Below are positions 8,793 through 16,367 of a DNA stretch of 64,000 bases, piece after piece. Below the pieces are notes generated by a model that made no database searches, was not told the DNA's origin, and saw nothing but the letters and a program-made list of their open reading frames with translations. The translations under genes were made by a program, and so were the position numbers. Source of the DNA: Planctomycetia bacterium (GTDB lineage: Bacteria; Planctomycetota; MHYJ01; WSZJ01). Where the stretch lies: contig JADLHC010000130.1 of the NCBI GenBank assembly GCA_020849035.1, positions 8,214-72,213 on the forward strand, read 5' to 3'. Every line of letters begins with the position of its first letter. Position 1 is the stretch's first letter.

Positions 8793-9917
8793 TCACAGCG
8801 GCCGGTCGTAGATCCGGTAGACCTTCGTCCGCTTCCCCCCGAACGCCTCGATCGTGTTGTTCATGACCGTGTTGTCCTCGAGGATCCAGGACATCTCGCA
8901 CTCCTGCCAGCCGCCCTTGAGCCCCGCCTGCATCGTCTCGATGTAGAAGATCGAGTCGAGCCCCCGGCGCTGGTACTCGGGGAGGATCCCCATCGTGATG
9001 TAGCGCAGGCGGCGGATCTTCCGCGCGTTCAGCAGCCAGGTAAGCCAGCCGAGCGGGAAGAGCGAGCCGTTCATCTTCCTGAGGACGAAGTTATAGTCGG
9101 GAAGAGAGAGGGAGAATCCGGCGGGCTTGCCCTGGACTTCCGCGAACAGCAGGAATTCCGGGCGGACGATCCTGCGGAAGTCGTTCGCGACGACCTCGAA
9201 CTCCGCCTCGGTCATCGGGACGGCGCCCCAGTTGTTCGCCCAGGCCCTGTTGTAGACCTCGCGGAGGAGTGCGAGCTCCTGCTCCACCCGCGACATGTCC
9301 ACGGGGCGCACGACGATCCCCTCGCGCTCCTTGAGCCGTTGCGCGACGCGGAACATCTTCTCCGGCGGCGTGAAGGACGGCCGGTCCACGAGCCACGCCC
9401 AGAGGTCCTTCGCCTTGGCGAAGCCGCAGCCTTCCACGAGCGGCACGTATCGTTTCGGGTTGTACGCCATCATGAACGTCGGCGGCTCGTGGAACCCCTC
9501 GACGAGCAGCCCGCACTCTTCGTTCGTCGAGAACGAGCACGGCCCGCGCTGGATCGTCATCCCGCGCTCCTTGAGCCAGGCGCCCGAAGCGCCGAACAGC
9601 GCCGCCGCGGTCTCCACGGAGTCCTCGCACTCGAAGAACCCCCAGAATCCCGCGCCGTCCTTCCACGCGTCGAGGTGCGCCCGGTTGACGCACGCCCCGA
9701 TCCTCCCCACGACGCGCCCGTCGCGCCGCGCGAGGAACAGCTTCGTCTCCGCGTGGCGGTGGAAGGGGTGCCCGTCCGAAAGCAGCTTCCTGACCTCGCC
9801 CAGCAGGGGAGGGACCCAGTTCGCGTCGCCGCGGTAGATGGCCCACGGGAGGCGGAGGAAGGCCTTGAGGTCCGCGGAGGTCGTGACGGGGGAGACTGAG
9901 AGGGTCACCGCTGCCAC
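8793..9917 (-). CDS. GNAT-like N-acyltransferase family protein (candidate bacterial ceramide synthase-like)
   Basis: 374 aa conserved 'GNAT family N-acetyltransferase' architecture (WGAVPMTEAEFE ... ITMGILPEYQRRGLDSIFY); GTG start at 9917 (cac on plus strand); adjacent to Spt-like gene. Confidence 0.7.
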   Translation of the reverse strand: MAAVTLSVSPVTTSADLKAFLRLPWAIYRGDANWVPPLLGEVRKLLSDGHPFHRHAETKLFLARRDGRVVGRIGACVNRAHLDAWKDGAGFWGFFECEDSVETAAALFGASGAWLKERGMTIQRGPCSFSTNEECGLLVEGFHEPPTFMMAYNPKRYVPLVEGCGFAKAKDLWAWLVDRPSFTPPEKMFRVAQRLKEREGIVVRPVDMSRVEQELALLREVYNRAWANNWGAVPMTEAEFEVVANDFRRIVRPEFLLFAEVQGKPAGFSLSLPDYNFVLRKMNGSLFPLGWLTWLLNARKIRRLRYITMGILPEYQRRGLDSIFYIETMQAGLKGGWQECEMSWILEDNTVMNNTIEAFGGKRTKVYRIYDRPL

Positions 9918-10026
9918 GAAGGAAAACGAAATGGGAAAGACGAAAAGGAAAAAAGGAAAAGCTCCGGCATGCCGTGCTTTTCGTTTTTCGTGTTTCCCTT
10001 TTCGTTTTTCGTTTGGTCTTCCTTTC
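9916..10026. repeat. AT-rich imperfect palindrome (GAAAA/TTTTC-rich arms, central GCATGC)
   Basis: cgaaggaaaacgaaatgggaaagacgaaaaggaaaaaaggaaaag ... ctccggcatgccgtg ... cttttcgtttttcgtgtttcccttttcgtttttcgtttggtcttcctttcg; sits between stop of 10032-11219 and start of 8793-9917; strikingly AT-rich in a 70% GC background. Confidence 0.6.
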
Positions 10027-10031
10027 GCCCT

Positions 10032-11219
10032 CTAGATAACCCCGGTCGCCTTCCCCACCGCCTGGATCGTCCCGAGCGCCTGTTCGAGGATCTCGTTCGT
10101 GTGGCTCGCCATGTAGCTCGTCCGGATCATCGTCCGGTTCGGCTCCACCGCCGGCGGGATCACAGGGTTCACGAACACGCCCTGCTGCAGCAGCCCGAGG
10201 TAGAAGTCGAACGTCTTGCGCATGTCGCCCACCAGGATCGGGATGATCGGCGACTGAGTGTGCCCCGTGTCGAACCCCGCGCCCTTCAGCCCCGCCTGCA
10301 TCTTCTTCGTGTTCGCCCAGAGCCGGTCGCGCAGCTGGGGGTACTCCGTCTCGATGATGTCGCACACCGCCAGCACCGTCGCCGCGTTCGACGCCGGGAT
10401 CGCCGCGCTGAATATCATCGCCCGCGAGTGGTGCTTGATCCAGTGGATCACCTGGTCCGGCCCCGCGATGAATCCGCCCAGCGAGGCGAACGACTTCGAG
10501 AACGTCCCCATCACGAGGTCCACCTCGTCCTCCAGGCCGAAGTGCTCCGCCGTGCCGCGGCCGTGCTCGCCCATCACGCCGACCCCGTGCGCGTCGTCCA
10601 CCATCAGCCGGAAGCCGAACTTCTTTTTCAGCTTCACGATCTCGGGCAGGTTCGCGAGATCCCCCTCCATCGAGAACACCCCGTCCACGATCAGGAGGCA
10701 CCTCTCAGGGTCCTTCACGTCCTTCAGGACCCGCTCGAGGTCCTCCATGTCGTTGTGCCGGTACCGCTTCGTCTCCCCGAACGCGAGGTAGCACCCGTCC
10801 ACGATCGACGCATGGTCCGTCTTGTCGATGACCACCGTGTCCCCTCGCCCCACCAGCGCCGTGATCGTCCCCAGGTTCGTCTGGAACCCCGTCGAGAACA
10901 CCAGCGCCGACTCGCGCTTCATGAATTTCGCCAGCCGCCGCTCGACGTCCTCGTGGAGAGTGAGGGTGCCGTTGAGGAAGCGCGACCCTGAGCAGCTCGT
11001 GCCGAACTCCTGCACGGCCTTGAGCGCCGCTTCCTTGACCTTGGGGTGGTGCGTCAGCCCGAGGTAGTTGTTCGAGCCGCACATGATGATCTCGCGGCCC
11101 TTGTAGATCGCCTTGGGGCCCATGGACTTGTCGAGCGCGCGGAAATAGGGGTACCAGCCCTCGCGCTGGGCGACCCGGGCTTCCTGCCAGTCGAACGCCT
11201 TCTTGAAGATATCGACCAC
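10032..11219 (-). CDS. alpha-oxoamine synthase family PLP enzyme (serine palmitoyltransferase-like / 8-amino-7-oxononanoate synthase-like)
   Basis: 395 aa; class-II aminotransferase motifs incl. PLP-lysine region GTFSKSFASLGGFIAG, DDAHGVGVMG; N-terminus FDWQEARVAQREGWYPYFRAL typical of Spt/Kbl/BioF family. Confidence 0.85.
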   Translation of the reverse strand: MVDIFKKAFDWQEARVAQREGWYPYFRALDKSMGPKAIYKGREIIMCGSNNYLGLTHHPKVKEAALKAVQEFGTSCSGSRFLNGTLTLHEDVERRLAKFMKRESALVFSTGFQTNLGTITALVGRGDTVVIDKTDHASIVDGCYLAFGETKRYRHNDMEDLERVLKDVKDPERCLLIVDGVFSMEGDLANLPEIVKLKKKFGFRLMVDDAHGVGVMGEHGRGTAEHFGLEDEVDLVMGTFSKSFASLGGFIAGPDQVIHWIKHHSRAMIFSAAIPASNAATVLAVCDIIETEYPQLRDRLWANTKKMQAGLKGAGFDTGHTQSPIIPILVGDMRKTFDFYLGLLQQGVFVNPVIPPAVEPNRTMIRTSYMASHTNEILEQALGTIQAVGKATGVI

Positions 11220-11311
11220 GGGGCGGATTTCTAACCGATCCGGGAAGGGGGCGCAAGGATCGGCTCCTTCGACGCTGGCGCGTCGGCGCGCCTCTCCCTA
11301 CCATTCCGCCC

Positions 11312-12274
11312 GTGCGGTACCTCGTCACCGGCGGCACCGGGTTCGTCGGCTCCCACCTGGTCGACGCCCTGCTCGCGCGGGGCGACGCGGTGACGGCGCT
11401 CGTGCGCGACCCGAACCGGCTGCGGTGGCTGGAAGGCCGGGACGTCCGGATCGCGCCCGGCGACACGGCGCGCGGAGTCGGGCTCGACGCCGCGCTCGAC
11501 GAGGCGGACGCCGTCATCCACGTCGCGGGCGTGATCAAGGCGCGGACGGAGTCGGAGTTCCTCGAGGGGAACGCGGAGGCGACGCGGAAGCTCCTGGTGG
11601 CGTGCGCGAAGTCGAAGCGTCCGCCGGGCGCGGTGGTGGTGGTGACGTCGCTGGCGGCCTGCGGGCCGGTGGCGGAGCGCGTGCTGCGCGAGTCGGACCC
11701 GTGCCGGCCCGTGTCGGCGTACGGGCGCAGCAAGGCCGCGGCCGAAACGGTCTGTGCGGAGTTCGCGGGGCGGCTGCCCGTCGTCGTCGCCCGCCCTCCG
11801 GTCGTCTACGGCCCGCGCGACGAGGCCGTGCTCGAGATCTTCCGGATCGTCTCCTGGAGACTCAAGCCTCTTCCCAACCCCGCCCAGCGCCTCTCGATCG
11901 TGCACGTCCGGGACCTGGCTGCAGGGCTGATCGCGGCGGCCGGGCGGGGGAAGGCGGGGGAGACGTACTTCCTGTCGCATCCGGAGGAGATCACGGCGCG
12001 GGGGCTGGCCGAGCGCGTGGAGGAGGCGGTCGGCACCCCGGCGCTGGCCGTCGGCATCCCGGGAGGGATCCTCAGGGCCGCGGCCGCCGTCTCCGAGACC
12101 GTGTCCGGCGGCCGGTCCATCTTCAATCGCGACAAGGCCGCGGAAATGCTGGCCGCCGGGTGGGCCTGCGACCCTTCCGCCGCGCGGGAGAAGCTCGGGT
12201 GGGAAGCGCGGATCGGGCACGTGGACGGGCTGCTGGAGACGGGGCGGTGGTACCGGGAGCGGGGGTGGCTGTAG
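11312..12274 (+). CDS. NAD-dependent epimerase/dehydratase (SDR) family protein
   Basis: 320 aa; Rossmann GGTGFVGSHLVDAL at N-terminus, catalytic YGRSK motif; divergent from Spt-like gene. Confidence 0.85.
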   Translation: MRYLVTGGTGFVGSHLVDALLARGDAVTALVRDPNRLRWLEGRDVRIAPGDTARGVGLDAALDEADAVIHVAGVIKARTESEFLEGNAEATRKLLVACAKSKRPPGAVVVVTSLAACGPVAERVLRESDPCRPVSAYGRSKAAAETVCAEFAGRLPVVVARPPVVYGPRDEAVLEIFRIVSWRLKPLPNPAQRLSIVHVRDLAAGLIAAAGRGKAGETYFLSHPEEITARGLAERVEEAVGTPALAVGIPGGILRAAAAVSETVSGGRSIFNRDKAAEMLAAGWACDPSAAREKLGWEARIGHVDGLLETGRWYRERGWL

Positions 12275-12380
12275 CGCGCCCCGCCCTGCGTTTCCGTTCC
12301 TCCCCTTTCTTGACCCTCCTTTGGCCCATTGCTAGCCTCTTTCCCCTTCCACCTTTCCACTCCAGGATCAGGAGCCTGAC

Positions 12381-13499
12381 ATGTCGCAGCAGCCGAAGAC
12401 CGCCGACCTGTCGAAGTCGGACGCGGAGTTCAGCATCGTGATCGAGGCGTCCAAGGACTCGAAGATCGCGGAAGCGACCGCGGGGTTTGCGAAGACGTTT
12501 ACGCTGGAGTCGAAGGTGGCGGAGCAGATCCTGAAGTCGGCGCCGATCATCTTCCTGTCGCGGCTGACGAAGCAGGACATCCGGGTGCTGAAGCCGAAGC
12601 TGATGGAGCTTTCGAATGCGGGGATCGAGTTCCGGATCACGGAGAGGCCGCAGGAGAGGATTCCGAAGGTGAACTGGCCGATCAAGCCGTCGTTCGGGAC
12701 GGCGGACGGCGGGCAGCTGGTGACGGCGGTTTCGTTCATCTGGGACAACAACGCGTTCGTGTGCCCGGCGTGCGGCGAGACGTTCGTGTTCCGGAGGGTG
12801 GGGAAGCCGAAGCCGACCCCTGCGCCGATGGAGGCTGCGGCCGCGCCCGCGGTCGCGCCTGCGGCTGCGCCTCCGGCGAAGCCCGCGGCGGCGCCTGCGC
12901 CCGCGGCAAAGCCGGCGCCGGCGCCCGCGAAGCCCGCGGCGGCCCCGGCGAAACCCGCGCCGGCGCCCGCCAAGCCCGCGGCAAAGAAGCCCGTCGAGGA
13001 GGAAGATCTCGGCACGGTGGACCTGCTGGACGAGGTTCCGACGCTGGACCTCGACGACGTCAAGCCCCTCGACGACATCGCGCCGCTGGACGACGTCAGG
13101 CCCCGCGACGAGATCGAGGAGGTGGAGGAGGTCCCGGCGAAGCCCGCCGCCAAGGGTCCTGCGCCAAAGGGGCCGGCGCCGAAGGGACCGCCGCCCAAGG
13201 GGCCGGTCAAGCCCGGCGGCATGATCAAGCCCTCCGTCGACCTGGACGAGGTGGAGGTCGCAGGCGGCGAGGACGAGCTCGCAAGCGTCTTCCTCAACCG
13301 CATTCCCAGCCCGAAGGACCAGGACACCGCTGCGAAGATCATCGCGGAGGTCCGCAGCTGCCCGATGAAGGAAGCCAAGGAGCTTGCGGCCCGAATGGTG
13401 ATCCCCGTCGTGAAGGACATCCCGATGAAGGAGGCGGAGGAGATCCTCGCCAAGTTCCAGAAGGCGAAGATCGCGGGCCGTATCACGAAGAAGAAGTAG
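12381..13499 (+). CDS. hypothetical protein with two ribosomal-L7/L12-C-terminal-like domains, Pro/Ala-rich linker and CxxC motif
   Basis: EFSIVIEASKDSKIAEATAGFAKTFTLESKVAEQILKSAPIIF...LKPKLMELSNAGIEF aligns with L7/L12 CTD ([42 protein letters not shown]...LKKALEEAGAEVEV); second copy near C-terminus (CPMKEAKELAARMVIPVVKDIPMKEAEEILAKFQKAKIAG); (PAKPA)n low-complexity middle. Confidence 0.55.
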   Translation: MSQQPKTADLSKSDAEFSIVIEASKDSKIAEATAGFAKTFTLESKVAEQILKSAPIIFLSRLTKQDIRVLKPKLMELSNAGIEFRITERPQERIPKVNWPIKPSFGTADGGQLVTAVSFIWDNNAFVCPACGETFVFRRVGKPKPTPAPMEAAAAPAVAPAAAPPAKPAAAPAPAAKPAPAPAKPAAAPAKPAPAPAKPAAKKPVEEEDLGTVDLLDEVPTLDLDDVKPLDDIAPLDDVRPRDEIEEVEEVPAKPAAKGPAPKGPAPKGPPPKGPVKPGGMIKPSVDLDEVEVAGGEDELASVFLNRIPSPKDQDTAAKIIAEVRSCPMKEAKELAARMVIPVVKDIPMKEAEEILAKFQKAKIAGRITKKK

Positions 13500-13551
13500 A
13501 GGTTCCTGCGATCCCGGAAGGGCCGGCCACCGCGGCCGTCAGGAGACTCCC

Positions 13552-14820
13552 ATGCGAATCCTCCGCCCGACGATCCTCCTCCTGGTCTCCGCTTCCGCCG
13601 CCCTCGCCCAGGAGCCGAAGACGGGTCTGGTGGACGGGGAGTTGAAGGGCTGCCGGTACCAGCTGTCCGTGCCGGACACGTGGAAGAAGACCGATGCGGG
13701 GGCGTACTGGCTGTACGTGACGTTTCCGCCGGGGCCGCACTCGGCGAAGGACTACGGGCACCTGTGGCGGGGTGTGAAGGGGCCGAAGCCGCACATCGGG
13801 CTGTGCCTGGACGGATCGGCGTCGGCCTCCGAGGTTCCGGCGGTGATCGAGAAGGTGCGCAGCGAGTACGGGTTCGACCCGGACCACGTCTTCTGCGTGA
13901 GCTACAGCGAGGGGACTGTCAAGGCGATCGACTTCGTCGTGGCGAACGCCGACATGCTGGCGGGGTGGGTGATCCTGCAGCCTTCGCTGGCGAACCGGGA
14001 GCCGAAGGCGGGGGGGAAGAGCGTTCCCGTCCTGATCATGAACGACAAGGCGTGCACCTATTCGCCGCCGTTCCAGGCGGAGGGGCTGAAGGACAAGCTG
14101 ATCGGGCTGGGGTACGAGGCGACGCTGGTCATGACGGAGGATCCGGCCAACAAGGACGGATGGCCGGTGAAGGACATGTCGAAGATGTTCGAGTGGACGA
14201 CGGGCCTGGTCCCGGCGCGGGCGGACGCCGTCTTCGACGAGGCCGCGGCCTGGCTGGCCGACGCGGGCAAGGACACGGAGCATCGTCCGAAGCTGCGCGC
14301 GGCGCTGAAGAAGGCGCTCGCGCTCTACGGGGGCGACATCTCCCCCGGCGGCGCGAAGGCGGGCGACGACGCGGTCTCCGCCTCGCTCAAGGACGGGCTG
14401 GCGTCCGGCAAGGAGATCAAGGGCGGGCTCAAGGGGCAGATCGCCCTCGTCGCCGCGGCCAGGGGGAAGAAGGTCGAGGCCGGGTCGCTGGTGATCTGCG
14501 ACAGCGCCGACTTCGACACGATCGAGGACAGCCTCGTCATCTGCTCGGGGGACGTGAAGGCGAACAAGGTCAAGGGCTCGGTGATCATCGCGAAAGGCGC
14601 GGTCACGATCGCCAAGGACGGCATGTCCTCGCTCGTCCACGCCGGGGGGCACGTCAAGTTCGGCACGACCCTCGAGGACTGCACGATCCTCGCGCAGGGC
14701 GGCGCCGAAGCCGCCGGCAAGGCGAAGAACAACTGGTTCGTGAACACGGCGGACGTGAAGATCAAGTCGAACGAGGCCGCCCGGACGGTGAAGAAGCTGA
14801 AGCTGCCGGGCGGGAAGTAG
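13552..14820 (+). CDS. secreted alpha/beta-hydrolase-like protein with C-terminal Gly/Lys-rich beta domain
   Basis: 422 aa; signal peptide MRILRPTILLLVSASAALAQ; esterase-like block HVFCVSYSEGT; no closer assignment. Confidence 0.5.
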   Translation: MRILRPTILLLVSASAALAQEPKTGLVDGELKGCRYQLSVPDTWKKTDAGAYWLYVTFPPGPHSAKDYGHLWRGVKGPKPHIGLCLDGSASASEVPAVIEKVRSEYGFDPDHVFCVSYSEGTVKAIDFVVANADMLAGWVILQPSLANREPKAGGKSVPVLIMNDKACTYSPPFQAEGLKDKLIGLGYEATLVMTEDPANKDGWPVKDMSKMFEWTTGLVPARADAVFDEAAAWLADAGKDTEHRPKLRAALKKALALYGGDISPGGAKAGDDAVSASLKDGLASGKEIKGGLKGQIALVAAARGKKVEAGSLVICDSADFDTIEDSLVICSGDVKANKVKGSVIIAKGAVTIAKDGMSSLVHAGGHVKFGTTLEDCTILAQGGAEAAGKAKNNWFVNTADVKIKSNEAARTVKKLKLPGGK

Positions 14821-14824
14821 CGCC

Positions 14825-16282
14825 TCAGCGCGACTTCGCCTTCACGACCACGACGACCAGCACGTCGCCCGACGGTCGCTCCACGGCCGAGAAGCCGGCC
14901 TTCAGGTGCAGCCAGCGCTTCCCCTGGTCCTGTTCCTCGGCGGCCACGACGGGGAGCGCCTTGAGCGCCGTCTTCCCCCACGTCGCGCTCTCGACCTCCA
15001 CGGACGCCGGGTCGCCGAACGCCCGAGGCAGCTCGATCCGGTCGCACACTTTCATCGCCATGCCGTCGCCGTCCTTGCGGAACGGGTCGCAGCACCAGAC
15101 CCAGGCCGAGTCCGCCGACACGCGGAAGGTGACGCGGAGGTTCTTCCCGTCCGGCTTCACCTCCACGGACTGCGGGAGCGTGCCCGGGGATGCGGCGAAC
15201 GGCCGCAGGGCGGGGTCGCCGTAGAGAATGCCGCCGGTGGCCCCGTCGAGCATCAGGTCGCGCACGGCGTCCAGCCCGTTGCGGGGAGTGCGGGCGCCGT
15301 CCACGACCGCGGGTGGGACGATCTCCTTTTCCCCGAAACCGAGGTATCCGAGCGTGACCTTCGCCCAGTCGGCGCGGCGCGACTCGCCGAGGGAGGCGCC
15401 TGCGAGGACGCGCTCGAAGTCGATGCTGAGCTCCGGCCCGGCGGGGCGCGGGTTCACGTAGGCCACGTAACCCGTCGCGCCGGCCTTGATCACGGACAGG
15501 GCGAAGCTGCGCTCGGGCGCGATCGCCTCGATCGTGTGGCGGATGGTGTCCGGTTCGTAGGTCTCGTTGTGCCAGCGCAAGGCCACCCCGGTGTGGCAGG
15601 CGTAATTGAAGACGACGGCGGGGAAGAGGCTGACTCTCGCGACGTCCTCGGCGCGCGGACCGGTCCCGATCTCCCAGGGCATGCCGTGCCCGCCGAACAT
15701 CACGGCGCCGCGCCCCCCCAGCGACGGGAGGTTGGCGTCGATGAAGGCCTGGTCGCGGCCGTGCTTGCCGTCCGGCGCGCGGAACGCAAGGCGGCGCGAC
15801 GCGAACTTCAGCGTCCCCGCGGCATACGGCTGCTCGTCCGCGACGCAGCCGCCGTCTCCGCCCCAGACCACGGCCTCGCCGACGGTCCGGGGGCGCTCCA
15901 TCGAGGAAACCCGGACGATGTTCGCGACGAACGCCTTCGCGTCCTCCGGCGTGGCTCCCGTGATAAAGCCGTACCCGAAGTCCACGAACGGGTCGGCGTC
16001 CACCTGCGAGGCGACGCGCAGGAACCGCCGCGCGAGATTAATGTCGAGCTCCTCCGGGCGCAGCACGATCGCCACGTGAACCGGCTTCAGTTCCTTCAGC
16101 TTCGGCAGGATCGTGTCCGGCTGCGCCGGGTCGAACGCAACGGGCGTGCCCGCCTTTCGGAACTCGGCCATCGCCGCGGCCGCCGCGTACCAGGGGTCCC
16201 TGGAGTCCACCGACGTCAGCACGACGTAGTCCCCGGCGAAGCAGGGAAGGGCGCAGGCGAGGAGGGAAGCGGCGAGGCGCAT
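14825..16282 (-). CDS. secreted hypothetical protein (possible caspase/gingipain-like His-Cys fold)
   Basis: Signal peptide MRLAASLLACALPCFAG at internal Met 16282; GGHGMPWE ... NYACHTG spacing reminiscent of clan CD peptidases (weak). Confidence 0.45.
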   Translation of the reverse strand: MRLAASLLACALPCFAGDYVVLTSVDSRDPWYAAAAAMAEFRKAGTPVAFDPAQPDTILPKLKELKPVHVAIVLRPEELDINLARRFLRVASQVDADPFVDFGYGFITGATPEDAKAFVANIVRVSSMERPRTVGEAVVWGGDGGCVADEQPYAAGTLKFASRRLAFRAPDGKHGRDQAFIDANLPSLGGRGAVMFGGHGMPWEIGTGPRAEDVARVSLFPAVVFNYACHTGVALRWHNETYEPDTIRHTIEAIAPERSFALSVIKAGATGYVAYVNPRPAGPELSIDFERVLAGASLGESRRADWAKVTLGYLGFGEKEIVPPAVVDGARTPRNGLDAVRDLMLDGATGGILYGDPALRPFAASPGTLPQSVEVKPDGKNLRVTFRVSADSAWVWCCDPFRKDGDGMAMKVCDRIELPRAFGDPASVEVESATWGKTALKALPVVAAEEQDQGKRWLHLKAGFSAVERPSGDVLVVVVVKAKSR

Positions 16283-16367
16283 GGGAGGCTCCGGATGGTT
16301 GGTCCACACCCTCTATGCCGCCGGCGTCCCGGGTCCGTTCCGGGAAACGGGAATCCCCGTGAACGGG

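Noticed and set aside
7710-9899. 729-aa ORF on plus strand
   Set aside because: Antisense to the capA-like and GNAT-like genes, both of which have clear family signatures. Rejected as a GC artefact.
11231-12220. 329-aa minus-strand ORF overlapping the epimerase gene
   Set aside because: The opposite strand carries an SDR Rossmann motif at the expected position. This ORF is Arg/Pro-rich.
12368-13486. 372-aa minus-strand ORF opposite the L7/L12-like protein gene
   Set aside because: It is a low-complexity Gly/Ala/Ser translation of the antisense of the PAKPA repeat region.
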